A stretch of DNA of 63,957 nucleotides, filler included, from Salisapilia sapeloensis CBS 127946 (taxonomy: Eukaryota; Protista; Oomycota): NCBI GenBank assembly GCA_023334545.1. It is 7 parts of 7 records of this genome, joined end to end, with 100 filler letters (N's around TTAATTAATTAA, not from the genome) between each part and the next. Parts side by side here need not be neighbours in the genome. Positions count along the whole stretch, not along the records: positions 1 to 18,200 come from JAADVB010000323.1; 6 more parts are not named here. One strand, written 5' to 3'. Position numbers and translations under genes: made by a program. Position 1 is the stretch's first letter. The number at the start of each line of letters is the position of its first letter. The notes under the pieces were generated by a model. It saw only the letters and a program-made list of their open reading frames with translations. It was not told the DNA's origin and searched no databases. Positions 1 to 11,616 of this stretch are shown here, piece after piece.

Positions 1-1
1 G

Positions 2-205
2 ACCACGACGGTGCTTTTCCTTCTATCGGCCGACTTTGTCTGGATGGCAGCACTCTTCCTAGCGATGCATTCCGCCGGATCATCTAGATGTGCATTTTTT
101 TTCATTACCATAACTTGACAATACACCCTACGAACCATTTCAAATGATACAGATCAGAGTTTCCTGCAAACGCTTCGTCTACATCCAAGTTTCCGTATCT
201 TCTGA
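2..205 (+). CDS. Possible 3' end of a gene entering from the left (partial, one predicted intron 90..152)
   Basis: Frame 2 reads TTTVLFLLSADFVWMAALFLAMHSAGSSR. Removing a GT-AG intron at 90..152 (63 nt) continues it as YQSFLQTLRLHPSFRIF* (TGA 203-205). No family recognised. Confidence 0.3.
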
Positions 206-280
206 TCTCACAACAAGACGAAGCATCCGTATGGTAACTCAGCAATCCAAGCAAAGCAAAGATACATTTGAACTACAAAG

Positions 281-3200
281 CTACTTTCTCTTTCGACGCG
301 ACCTTGTCGACGGCACGTTCTTCGTCCGTTCAGCAATACGCTTCTGCATCTCCTCCTGCGCAGCTCTGCGCGCCTCTTCCAACGCAGACCCACCTTTACT
401 CGATGCCTCCTTCTTACTCGCCTTCTTCACCGGCTTCGCTCTTGCTTTGCCTACATCCAAATCGCATGAGCTATATCCCCACGACATTATATACACCTCC
501 TACCTTTCCTCGACGTCGGCGGCTCCATCTCGACGTCTTCATCTGACAACACGTCGGCATGAGCATCTATCGACCGCTTCCGATTCGAACAGGGCTCACC
601 TGATGCAGCTGCCTCCATCGCTGCCTTAGCCGACAACGCTGCTGCATCTGCCGCCGCACGAGCCGCACTCTCAGCCTCTTCCCGCCTACTTGACTCGTCA
701 TCTGCCCGCATCTCGAGCTCTCGCTTCTGTCGCTCCAAGTCGCCAGCCTTGACCTTCATATCGTCCAGCGCGTGCTTCATTTTGGACATCTCCTGTCGAT
801 TCACACCTTCCGTACGCATCTGTATCTCGAGCTCCTTCTTAGCAATTTCCATCTCCGACGCCCGGAGCTTCATCTCCTCCAACTGATGCTTTAGCTTCAT
901 CTCTTGCTGCCGTCGTTCCGCCTCACTCCTCTCTTCCTTGGCTCTCGCTTCACTCTCCACCTTCTTCTTTTCCTCCTGCATCACCGTTGCTTCCGTCTTC
1001 ATCTTCTCCACTTCCTCCCGCAATCTTTTTGCTCGATCACTTTCTTCCTGTAGCTGTCGTTGCAACTGCTTCGATTCCGACTCACGGTCGTTCATCGACT
1101 TTTCAACATATTGACGCAGACGTTCTACCTCTGCTTCTTTCTCTTTCGCAGCAACCTTCTCTTCCTCCCGTCTCTTCCTCTCCTGCTCCACCTCTTCCTT
1201 CGCCTTCTGCTTCTCCAACGCAAATGTATTCAACGTCTTTTGATTCTCTAAAACATCTTGACAGTCTTCCACAAGACGTTTCTGCACTTCCACTCGAGAA
1301 GAAGGCTGGAGACCATCCACCTTTTGCTTCAATAGTTTCTGGAAACAAGCATCAATCTTCTGCTCGTCTACCGGCAACCCTATCTTCTTCACTTCGTCCT
1401 TGAAATCTCGAACAAGAGTTTTCCGAGTCGATTCATAAGCTTCTTGCTCCTGCTTCTTCTTACTATCACGTTGCAAATCTGCATTCCGAGACTTCATCTG
1501 CCTTGATAAAGTATCACTAAGCCTATCTAACTCTTGACTTTTACTAGTCAATGTGTCTCTCATGATACTCCATCCACGCACTTGATCCGACAATCGGATC
1601 TTGGCACCTTGTACGATGCTACTAACTTGAGCATCAATCGTACGATCATCTGTCGGAAGCTTCTTCTCCACCTTTTCATGCACTTGCGACTGCATCTCAT
1701 CTCGTGCTTCAAATGCAAAGTTATGAACGAGCTGCTGGACTTCCATATGATACCTCCGCACGACTTCTGCTTCCACTTCCTCCTTACAAGGATCCATCTC
1801 CTTGGCTACATCCACATGCGTCTGCGTTAAGCTCGATTGCAGCTGTCGAATCTGACGCTGACAGAGCTCATGCACCATCGTACGGACTGTCTCGAGTGTA
1901 AACGCTTGTTTCTGCTGGAGTTTCTTCTCCAATCGATCGTGGGCGTCCTTTGCTAGTTGTGTCTTAGCCTGTTGGACTTTCGAAGCGAGCTCCTTGTTGC
2001 TTGCTTCAAGCTTTCGATCATTCATGACCTCGAGCTTTTGCTGGAGGATGGAAGCGTTGTCGCGAATCCGACGCTTCTCATCTTGAAGGACTTGGTGACC
2101 GTTGGATGCGACAGGAAGCTTGTCGAGCATCTTGAGCTGTTTGTTCAAGACTTCTTGACACTTGGTTTGGAGCTTGGAAGGGTCTGTCGGGATTAACTTG
2201 GTCTCAAACGCAGTGTACTGCTCACTTACAGTCGTCATGATGCGATTCACTTCCTTGGATAGACGCTGCGTGATCTTATTATCGTTCTTGGCTTTCGCGT
2301 TATCAATCTCTTTCGTTTCGACTTGTCTTAAAGACGTCTGGATTTCACCTAAAAGAGACTTTGGTAACGACTGGAGTTTCTTTAAAGTGTCTTGAATCAA
2401 TCGATCGATTTCATGATGCAACGTCTTCTCCAACTCGACGTTCGACATGATATCTTCCGCGACAGTCGCGTCACATACTTCAGCAATGTCTTTCGCACAC
2501 TTTTCTTTCGCTGCTTGTGCTTCCGAACGCACCATACTGGAATAAATAGACGCTGGCATGATCACATCGTCACTGTTCAACGTCTCGACAAGTGCCGGCA
2601 CGAGCTTGGAGAGCATGCGTCCAGTCAATTGTTTCTTATTAAAGACCATCGGCTCCTTCAATTGCATCGATATTTGCTTTCGTAGTTGTTTCAACTTGCT
2701 TTGGAAAGCAACTTGTAGCTGTTCAAAGCGAATTTTGTCTTTCAAGTGCGCTGTATTCGCCACGGGAGCAGGGAATAGCCAGATCGTAATACTTGTGAAT
2801 GCTTTCTTCAGATTATCACGTGCCAAGTTACGCAGATGTACTTCTTCACTTCGACCTTTTTCCTTCTGGAATAAATCGTTGTAGACATCTTCTGGTGATG
2901 AATTTACAAAGCTCCAATCACGAAAGACGATATGAAGATGTCCGAAGACAGATGTGCTGTCATTTTCACCTGTGTCGATACCTTGCGCAGCTCGAGAGAG
3001 GACGCCGAGGAGATTTAACATCCGATCGGCTTGTAGACTGTCTTTCCAATTAAATAAAACTACTTTGGACGATAGTAGCACTGGCGACACGAGTCTTGAG
3101 TCGTATGAAATATCTCGATCACCTTGTCCTTCCGCATCGACAAAACCAATCTGCATCTTGTTATTTCCAGACACGCGAGGACAGTTGTTCAACGCGCTAA

Positions 3201-3501
3201 AGTCAGATAACGGGACAAACGTACTCGACAAATCGACTCCTTGCGTACACGGTTCCCTCTGGTTCGATATCTTAAATAGATCCTCTTGATCTGCCAACAA
3301 ATTCATCAAGAACGATTTGCCTTGACGTGCCGCACCAAAGATCGAAATCAGGTTCACCGGCATCTCACCCACCGGACCAAGTACTTTATTCGCCGCCTCT
3401 TCATTAACAAACATACTTTCCTCCGTCTTCTTCGCTCCAGACTTGGTCTCTTGCGGACGTGTACCAAGCCACTTGACGGCCTTCATCGTCAACTGCAACA
3501 T
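281..3501 (-). CDS. Guanylate-binding protein (GBP/atlastin-family) GTPase with long coiled-coil; 2 exons
   Basis: G1 motif ISIFGAARQGKSFLMNLL, G3 motif FVDAEGQG and GBP-type 'LHIVFRDW', then about 600 aa of coiled-coil. A 53-nt GT-AG intron (451..503) joins the long ORF in frame to the 281..496 ORF, giving a ...RKGKARAKPVKK...RSRRKRK* end. First ATG at 3501; the track's 3519 start is TTG. Confidence 0.85.
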
Positions 3502-3506
3502 GGACG

Positions 3507-3515
3507 AAAATGAGC
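3507..3515 (-). promoter_or_regulatory. Oomycete initiator-like motif GCTCATTTT
   Basis: Matches the GCTCATTYB core of the oomycete Inr consensus, immediately upstream of the GBP start. Confidence 0.45.
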
Positions 3516-3810
3516 TCAAACGACCGGAAGGAAGGATAAAATGATATCTACTAAACTACCTGCTTCGACGATGGTGTAACTGGAGTTGATGCAGCAGTTC
3601 CTTCGGCTTGTTCCTCTTGTTCTCCGCCGAAAAAGTAGCGAAACATGTTCAATCGGCTTGCTCTTCCTCTTCCTTTGAGATCGCTTTGGAACTTCTTCTA
3701 TGATTGGATCAATTATTTTATAATTCGTACGGAATAAGTAGGAAATAAATCTATCGACACGATAGACACGAGTAGTAGACGAGTACTTGGCTTCGCTCCT
3801 TTCATCCAGT

Positions 3811-5946
3811 ATGTTTCGTACGAAGAAGAAGAAGAGTAATACACAGAAACGGAGGAATGTGTCAGAGTCGCTGGATGAAGATGTGTCTATTAAAGACGTG
3901 GAAAACGTTGTGAAAGAGACCAAGGAGGAGGATGAGAAGACACTGCCATCGGATGAAGAGGAGCTTGCTGCGATTCAAGCACGAGCTCGACAGCGTCAAG
4001 CGAAACGGTCGAAAGCTAGAAATAGTATGCAGTTTACATCAACTGGGAAAAAAGCGTCGACAAAGCAGAGTCTTAACGACGCTATCTCGGATGATAATGC
4101 AGGCCAAAGACTGAGCTTTATGGAAAAGGTAGACAGTATGCAGGATACAGACAGCTCGTCTCCAGTTGAAAAGGTGAAAATTCGAGCCAATGTCATTGCA
4201 TCTTCCGTCTTAAACGGAGGCGATGAGAGCCCTGAGATGAATCGATATTCGTCTGCCATGCTCGAAGCCTTACGCAAAGAGCAGAACACGCTACTCCCGA
4301 CGCACGAGCCTTCTACCATCGAAGAGATACAGTTAGATAATAACACCAAGACGAATGCATCATCTGAAGATGTTGAAATGCAGTCTCCTCAGCCAGAAGA
4401 CGCCAGTACGGAAGAAGACTTTATCTCGATGGATGCTTCTCGTCCGCAGTCCAAACGACGGAAAGTCACATTCGGCCAAGACCAAGTACATGAGCTTCCC
4501 CAGTCAAGTGCAGATGAAGACATGTCGGAGGAAGATGAAGAAGAGCAAAAGTGGGAAGAAGAACTCATTCGACGAGGTGGCTTGCAACCAAAGTCTCGTA
4601 CGCCAGAAGACAAAAAGCCAGGCACTCGACATGAAGCTTCATATCCAACACACAAGCGTGTTCCTAGTAGTAGTATCTCTTTCGTGTTAAATGCGTTGAA
4701 AAAGTCGTTGGATGCAGTCTCTGATGGACAGGATCGACTGCAGCGTCAAGAAGCAAAACTTCAAGCGGACTCGGCGTTACTAGAGAAAACGCTCGTGGAA
4801 CAGAAGCAAGAGCTGGCAGCAAGTAGTGAACAGTTTGAGTACTTTCAGATGATGGAGGATTTTGTACGAGGTCTCAGTCTTTGTCTTCGAGACAAACTCC
4901 AATCGATTCAACGCAAGGAAGATCAAGTCGAGACAGAGCGTGTACAAGTCGAAAGGGAGATGCAGATTCAAGAAAGAGGACAGTACCACCTTTTACAGAC
5001 AGAGCTATCCGCTGGAAAGATAGATCCGATCGACATCGTCGGCAAGAGTATGCCTTCCGACGCTCCTACCTCTTTCAATCCTACTCTCAACAGCTCACAG
5101 TTCACTCGCCAACCTTTTCATGATACAGAGCAGTACGATGCCTTTCGTCTAACAGATAAAGAGTACGCGACACTAGAGAACGTCGTTTTTAAATTCCGCG
5201 AGTGGCAGACGAAATTCCCAGACGTGTACAAGAGCTGCTACGGAGCACTCGCCACGCCCAACCTCTTTGCAGTCTACGTCCGTGCTGATCTAGTCTTCTG
5301 GGATCCCTTGTCCGTCTCCGAGTTACAGCCACAGCCATGGACTTTAGAGGTCTTTGACTGGTTCCGTCTCCTTCGACAAGACCCACTAGAAGATAGCAAC
5401 ATATTGAACAGGATCGTACAGGACGTAGTAGTAAGTAGAGTAGAAAACGTCGTCCGACAACGCTTTTGTGTGCATGCAGTTATGCATGTCCAAAGCGCTG
5501 CTGTATTGATCGAAGCACTTGGACAGTACAAAGCCTCCGTCCAGTCGATCGCTGACGTGGTGTTGAAGCAATTCCAGTCTGCCATCGACCGCTCGGCCTT
5601 GTTGATATCGAGTCCAACGGACGATGCTTCTATCCAAGCATTAGCTAAAGGTCTCTTGGAGCAATACACTGCCGTGATGGAGAACCTAGCGAGCTTCGTA
5701 CTCGCTCTACCAGTCGGATCCATCCAATTCAACGGTCTTAATTGTCTCCTACAGGCACTGCACTTGCTCTCGGCCTTTCTCCAACGTAGTTTCGATCGAC
5801 AGAAGACACATTTGATAAAACAAGCAGTAGAAGCCGTACTTGACTTGCAGTCATCACCGTCACTACAACAGGCAATCAAGAGCTCGCCGCCATACCTCCA
5901 ACGAGAATATCGAGATCGTATACAAGTGATAACGCAGTTCAAATAG
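3811..5946 (+). CDS. GC-rich sequence DNA-binding factor family protein (PAXBP1/GCFC2/NTR2-like)
   Basis: Acidic low-complexity N-terminus and coiled-coil, then GCFC-type motifs 'FREWQTKFPDVYKSCYGAL' and 'VRADLVFWDPL...FDWF'. Intronless; first ATG at 3811. Confidence 0.75.
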   Translation: MFRTKKKKSNTQKRRNVSESLDEDVSIKDVENVVKETKEEDEKTLPSDEEELAAIQARARQRQAKRSKARNSMQFTSTGKKASTKQSLNDAISDDNAGQRLSFMEKVDSMQDTDSSSPVEKVKIRANVIASSVLNGGDESPEMNRYSSAMLEALRKEQNTLLPTHEPSTIEEIQLDNNTKTNASSEDVEMQSPQPEDASTEEDFISMDASRPQSKRRKVTFGQDQVHELPQSSADEDMSEEDEEEQKWEEELIRRGGLQPKSRTPEDKKPGTRHEASYPTHKRVPSSSISFVLNALKKSLDAVSDGQDRLQRQEAKLQADSALLEKTLVEQKQELAASSEQFEYFQMMEDFVRGLSLCLRDKLQSIQRKEDQVETERVQVEREMQIQERGQYHLLQTELSAGKIDPIDIVGKSMPSDAPTSFNPTLNSSQFTRQPFHDTEQYDAFRLTDKEYATLENVVFKFREWQTKFPDVYKSCYGALATPNLFAVYVRADLVFWDPLSVSELQPQPWTLEVFDWFRLLRQDPLEDSNILNRIVQDVVVSRVENVVRQRFCVHAVMHVQSAAVLIEALGQYKASVQSIADVVLKQFQSAIDRSALLISSPTDDASIQALAKGLLEQYTAVMENLASFVLALPVGSIQFNGLNCLLQALHLLSAFLQRSFDRQKTHLIKQAVEAVLDLQSSPSLQQAIKSSPPYLQREYRDRIQVITQFK

Positions 5947-5996
5947 ATGGACAAAGAATCGCAAGTTGAGTAGCATCCAATATCGTACAACTAAGA

Positions 5997-6733
5997 CTAG
6001 GCCAAGAGTTCCGCGACTTGCAACGCTCTCTTGTACTTTCGACGAGCTAGTGTCGCCTGCCGTTTGTCCTCGTCAGACTTTTCCTCGTCCTCTGCTTTCT
6101 CCGGCACGCCGGCATCGATAATCTCGTTCGCAGCATTCAGCACACGCTATGCTCCAAATCGTCAGACTTTCGATATATATATTAGAGAAGAACAAAAAGA
6201 TACCTGACGAGCGAGACCCTGCATGCCGTTTAAGTACTCTAGAATAGTCGTAAACATGGACTTCGGCACGACGTCAGCGTCGTACATCCAACGGATGATC
6301 CACGTCTGCTTCAGTTTCTACATAGACCACTATTAGCATAACAGTACAAAAAATAATAAATCGAGAAGCATACCTTGAATTTCCAAGGCTCTTCCTCGTC
6401 ATCCTTGGGCTCATTACGCTTCTTCCAAGCCTCGAGATACTCCTTGGCCGCCTCCACAGCTTCCGGAGACCGATCGACCTTCCATCCATCCTCTTCTACT
6501 GCTTTCCCAGCCTTTTCACCATTCATCTCCTTTCGTCGACGCTTCTTCTTTGCTGCATTCGCATGGCTATTCTTCCGTTTCTTGCTCTCTTTATCCGGCT
6601 TGGCATCCGTCGTCGACTGGCCGTCAGCAGCATCTCCATTCGTCTCCGAAGAAGCTTTTTTACTACGACTGCCTTTTGCCAGTTTCTTAATCTCTTGCTC
6701 AGATCGCTTCTCCGTTACCATAACACGTGCCAT
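5997..6733 (-). CDS. WKF-domain protein (C7orf50/DUF2373-like), 3 exons
   Basis: Splicing introns 6318..6373 (56 nt) and 6147..6203 (57 nt) gives AKEYLEAWKK...WKFKKLKQTWIIRWMYDADVVPKSMFTTILEYLNGMQGLARQRVL...AELLA*. Lys-rich N-terminus. Confidence 0.8.
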
Positions 6734-6885
6734 TGCCTCTAAATAGACGGAAGGGATGATACCTCCAGGATGGATAAGATGGTGGCACAAGGTGGGTGGT
6801 GTACAAGATGGCTGATAAATGTTGCAAAACGGGTACTTAACTTCAACTTGGGAACACGATCCGCTTATTCCAAGAAGGAGCGGAG

Positions 6886-7926
6886 ATGAGCAAGAAGCTA
6901 GTGGTCATCGGCGGTGCTGGGGCACTTGGCCGTGGTATCGTGTCAACTTTTGCTAAGGCATCTTGGAAGCCATTCTCAGTGGACTTTGCGTACGTTGGAG
7001 TTCTATTGTGGCTTGAGTAGAAGGGATGGTAACAGGAGTGGATAGATTAAATGAAGAATGTGATTGCTTTATGCTCGATAACACGGAACCAAATACGCTC
7101 AAGCAAGCCCATCATGTCATGGACCACCTCAATTCAACGTACACTGCACATCTTTCGAGTATTAAAAAATAATCTTGAATACAATCTTGTTGTACTAGCT
7201 ATGGAACGGTGGACGCTGTCGTTTGTGCTGCTGGAGGATGGGCAGGAGGCAGCATCAAAGATGCCGGATCTATCGCTAACTTTACCGACATGATGCAAAA
7301 GAATACTGAGTCTGCCATGCTAGGTATACATACTCCCATCGTATCTCTTTTCGATCTCTCACGCTACAGACATTAGCTGCCCATCTCTCCACCAATATGC
7401 TCAACAGCAATGGACTAATGGTTCTCATGGGTGCCACTGCCGCCCTTAATGGTCTATAATCCTTGTCATAAATCTTAGGAGCCCAATGATGACATTCTAT
7501 ATGACACAGCTACTCCAGGCATGGTCTCGTACGGTATCAGCAAGACAGCAACGCACTACCTCATCGCTAGCACCATGTACCTCTACTTTATCAACACTTG
7601 TACACTCCTAAAGATTCACATAACCCTACAGTCAAGAGCTACCAGAGGACTCGACTGCACTCGGGATCCTTCCTACCACCATCGACACTCCAATGAATCG
7701 CAAAGCCATGTCCAATGCCGACTTTAGCTCCTGGACCAAAGTATTTCCTCTCCTCACCTCCTTCATACCACACCTCACCAAAGAATAGATCGATTCGATC
7801 GCAAACAAAATCCAAGAGCTAGCCGACACACCATCGTCCAAACGTCCACCAAGTGGTCATCTCCTTCAAGTCGATACGAAAGACAATCAAGACATCTGGA
7901 CGGACATTGGCAATCCATTCAACTAG
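6886..7926 (+). CDS. QDPR: Quinoid dihydropteridine reductase (SDR family), 7 exons
   Basis: The spliced product carries VVIGGAGALGRG, DAVVCAAGGWAGGSI, GMVSYGISKTATHYL (YxxxK) and LPTTIDTPMNRKAMSNADFSSWT, all DHPR hallmarks. Six short GT-AG introns. Confidence 0.9.
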
Positions 7927-7992
7927 CAACTCATGAACACGCATCGTGAATTTCCAATCAAACTTCCCATTTGTAAAAAACGACTATCTCGC

Positions 7993-10900
7993 CTACCCAC
8001 TCGCTACTTGCTGCGCTTTACGAAAGTGGTCACAGAACGCACTTAACGTACGTCGAAACTTGTGCTTATTCGCAACACACTCTTGCTTTCGTACACTCTT
8101 ACAAAAGTCCGTACGCACTTGCATCGTCACGTTCGTACCGATAAACGTATCGTCATTCATCAAGTACTCTACGAGCTTTTGCGTACGTGATGCACCAAAG
8201 TGTTTCCAATTCAAACGAAGCACATCAGCAACTTGATCCATTAGACAAGCAGGTAAAGCGCCAGCAGCAGCAGAGAAGAGAGCGCGTAGGCATCTGCATA
8301 ATCCATCCTGACGCACCATGAGCGTCTCGATTACGTCGCTCAAACTCTTCTTGCCTTCCCACTCGGACGATCGAAGCAAGTCTTCCGGTGTCTCCTTGAC
8401 TTCTCCATACCAGATACCCACTTCCAGTAGCAAGTTCAAAGCAGACGATCCGACGTCCGGATCGGAGGAAGAGAGTGCATACAACACCAAGTCGATGGCT
8501 GGTAGAAGTTGATTCGAACTGACAAGTACCATCGGATGGTGGCGACCACAGTCCTTGACTAGAGCAAAGTACGACGTGAGCAAGTGAGGGAAGTCATCGA
8601 CTGCCGCGGCGGTCCGTAGCTTGTTTAGTGTCAAGTCAGCTGCACGAGTCACGAGCTCTGTCAATCCAGACGTGAAGCTACGATCGTTGCGAGTGGCTTC
8701 CAGCACACCACGGACAACGTCCAGATAGTGTCCATCCATCGTACGTGCAAACTGGGTCATGACCACTGGTATCACTTCCCACAAGAATGTAAGTGCTTGT
8801 CCACGAGCTTGATGCAGAAACGTCACGAGGAGATCACATACACCTTCCACAACTTCCTCTCTCTCACCCAAGACAATTAGAATCTGATCCAGACTCGTCC
8901 ACTGGCGACGCAGGACAGACGCTAGTGGATGCACTGTCTGCTCCTCCGTCTTAGCAGGCAAGTGCTTCGCTAGCACTTGCAAGTGGGACAAGAGCTCACA
9001 TACGACTTCTGCTGCTGCGTCGTCCTCTGCTGCAAGCGTCGGGAAGCGAGTGGTGACGCTGCTGAACGCATGGTCCATGAGTGAGTCCACGACCTTGCCT
9101 CCTTCACTGTACGGCACATCCGCCACGACTAGCGCTACGCTTTCCACGATGATTTTTACGTCAGATGACGACAGGATGGATGGTCCAGCGGAGAAACTAG
9201 ACCGGTACAATCCGAGCATCGCGTGCATCCAACGTTCGCTATAAAAGAGTCGTCCACATCGATGCGTTAGCTTCCGAAGTGATACGGCACCTGCGTGGTT
9301 ACTATCTTCCGAGACACGGAAGGGAAAAGGATGTTGCTTAGGTGGGTGTTCAAAGCTTTGGGAGAAGATATCAAAGGCACAAGAGTCGAGATACTCTGGA
9401 TGACAGACAAACCAATTGCCCATGACACCGAGAAAGATAGTTGTTGTGCGCAAGAGAGCTACATGCATCGTCTCTCGACGCGAGAGGAGCTGTAAAAGTT
9501 GCGGCACCAAGGACGTATCTGCCGTCCGAATCGACTTGGCGACGGCACTCAGAGCATGCACATACACCTCTACGTTAGCCCACCACCCGCCATCTACCCG
9601 TCCTGCATCAAACGCTTCGTACAGGCGGAAAATGGCGTGGATGGCACCGATGATAAAGTCGTCTTCAGTCTTAGCATTTACCGTCGCGATGGATCGAAAG
9701 ACAGAGCGTACTTGACTACGATACAGCGTAAACGTTTCTCGTGGAGCTATCGCGAGCGTCTCCCAGTTCAACGGGATCTTGGTACGTTCGACTAAAATGT
9801 CCAGTAGTCTCTGTACGAACGCATCGAACTCGTACAGACGTTCATTATGCTTTCCACAAACGTACTGTCGTAGTAGAATCCAAAAGTCCATTGTTTCATT
9901 CGAAGCATCCACGTCGGACATACTTGTGAATGCTAAGACGGTTTCTAAAAAGTCATAAGTAAGGGAACCAGGAGCTAGCTCCTGTGTATAATCCACAAAG
10001 AACGGAACGAGGTGTTCACCACAGTCAGACAGGGCTTTCGCCACACCTACGAGACAGAAACGAATGCTGTCTGGATCAGCGCGATATCTTTCCACCACGA
10101 CTTTCCCAAGCTCCATGAAATGATGCATCAACTTCTCCATAAGTGGCATGTACGCGCTTTCTTTACACGTCGATACGACCTCTCGGATCGCAGATAACGC
10201 ATTCTCGCTGCAAGGTGTCAAGGTTTCCCGGAAAGCTCTGTCTAAGAGAGTCGAATCTAGTAGCAACGCAGCATCGACGCAGCCTAATTCGACCCAACTG
10301 GAGAAACACATCATCAACATGTTCCGTTCGTGTTCCGTCGTGGATGGATTGCTATCCAATGAAGCTGCTAGTGACGGCAGGATGCGACCAACGACGTCTG
10401 GAGCAGCTTGCCGGACCATGTCCTTGCACTGCGTTCGTTTGATCTTGGAGAACTTGACCTGTTTGTCTTTTACTTCCTCTGGTACCCAATAGAGGACCAG
10501 TAATGCTGCCATGTATAACACCATAGGGTCTTTTCCAGCGCTCCCGCTTTCCATGAGCGACTGGAGAGTTGAAACAAGTGTCGGACCTTGCTCATTCTCG
10601 ACAGCAGGAGGTTGGAAACGCAATAGAATGACGGCAATGGCCGATGCGATGCTTTTCTTAGAAGAAGCTTCTTCCAAGTGTGCATTCGGACCAATTAGGA
10701 TCTGCCATAGCTGTTGACAGACACCAGCAAAGTGGCTGGACACCGCTTCCTGATGCTGCATTTGCTCGAGCGTCTTGACTTCCTCTTCGACGCCAAACTT
10801 GCGAATGTAATGCGCTACGGATTTGTATGCCGTAAGCGCAGCAAAGGAACGCTCAAGCTGTTGACTCGAATCGGGCGTAATGTCCTGTTGGAGGACGCTC

Positions 10901-11052
10901 AGTGCCAGGTCGAGGGCCTCTGGTGATTGTCGAAATTGAGCTAAAAACGAATCCGCACGACGCCGGACGCGTGGCGACATGTTTTTATTTAAAACCTGAT
11001 GCAAGGCTTCATGGACGACCTGAACTTGCATGCTTTCCTCTTTCCTACTCAT
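7993..11052 (-). CDS. Importin-beta family karyopherin, transportin-3/importin-13-like
   Basis: About 1020 aa, all-helical HEAT-like. N-terminal 'RRRADSFLAQFRQSPEALDLALSVL' and Xpo1-like 'LLVLYWVPEEV'. First ATG at 11052; an upstream exon cannot be excluded. Confidence 0.75.
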   Translation of the reverse strand: MSRKEESMQVQVVHEALHQVLNKNMSPRVRRRADSFLAQFRQSPEALDLALSVLQQDITPDSSQQLERSFAALTAYKSVAHYIRKFGVEEEVKTLEQMQHQEAVSSHFAGVCQQLWQILIGPNAHLEEASSKKSIASAIAVILLRFQPPAVENEQGPTLVSTLQSLMESGSAGKDPMVLYMAALLVLYWVPEEVKDKQVKFSKIKRTQCKDMVRQAAPDVVGRILPSLAASLDSNPSTTEHERNMLMMCFSSWVELGCVDAALLLDSTLLDRAFRETLTPCSENALSAIREVVSTCKESAYMPLMEKLMHHFMELGKVVVERYRADPDSIRFCLVGVAKALSDCGEHLVPFFVDYTQELAPGSLTYDFLETVLAFTSMSDVDASNETMDFWILLRQYVCGKHNERLYEFDAFVQRLLDILVERTKIPLNWETLAIAPRETFTLYRSQVRSVFRSIATVNAKTEDDFIIGAIHAIFRLYEAFDAGRVDGGWWANVEVYVHALSAVAKSIRTADTSLVPQLLQLLSRRETMHVALLRTTTIFLGVMGNWFVCHPEYLDSCAFDIFSQSFEHPPKQHPFPFRVSEDSNHAGAVSLRKLTHRCGRLFYSERWMHAMLGLYRSSFSAGPSILSSSDVKIIVESVALVVADVPYSEGGKVVDSLMDHAFSSVTTRFPTLAAEDDAAAEVVCELLSHLQVLAKHLPAKTEEQTVHPLASVLRRQWTSLDQILIVLGEREEVVEGVCDLLVTFLHQARGQALTFLWEVIPVVMTQFARTMDGHYLDVVRGVLEATRNDRSFTSGLTELVTRAADLTLNKLRTAAAVDDFPHLLTSYFALVKDCGRHHPMVLVSSNQLLPAIDLVLYALSSSDPDVGSSALNLLLEVGIWYGEVKETPEDLLRSSEWEGKKSLSDVIETLMVRQDGLCRCLRALFSAAAGALPACLMDQVADVLRLNWKHFGASRTQKLVEYLMNDDTFIGTNVTMQVRTDFCKSVRKQECVANKHKFRRTLSAFCDHFRKAQQVASG

Positions 11053-11616
11053 GCTGTCTGTTCGCAAGTCTAAGTCGATCGAGTCGAAGAAATGTCAGTG
11101 ACAATACTCGTGCACACTCGTTTCGCGTCGTATTTGTTTCTGATAGAATGACACGATGAAAAACAACAACAACCATACCGTCCTAGTAACTTGATCAAGT
11201 ACAAAGATACTCGAGATCGACCAAGTCGGACGTAACTTCGTGCTCTGACCGGTGATGAAAATAACTCGGTCTGTACATTAGCTTCTGACATACTTTATTC
11301 AAGTCTAGAAGAAAATGATCTTATTGCTAATAAATTCATGTCTTATCTTATCCTCCAACCATTCTCCACATCTTCCTACTCACTTGCCACATACGAAAGT
11401 ACAGCAAGTACCTAGTACTACCACTAAGAGACGCCCATCAGCGGCGCTTCCGATCGTCTCAATATAATCTTACGTGCATAACGCTAGTAAATTGGAATGG
11501 GTACGTAAACCTGAGGGCGCCACACGTACAATCGGAAAAGGAGCTTCCCGAGAGCTTCGGTTCCTGCCGCTACTATCGTCTTTCTCGATACTTGCACTCG
11601 TTTTCAAAGTGTTATC

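Noticed and set aside
3516-3923. 135-aa minus-strand ORF upstream of the GBP gene
   Set aside because: Overlaps the GCFC gene start in antisense and spans the shared promoter. No motif support.
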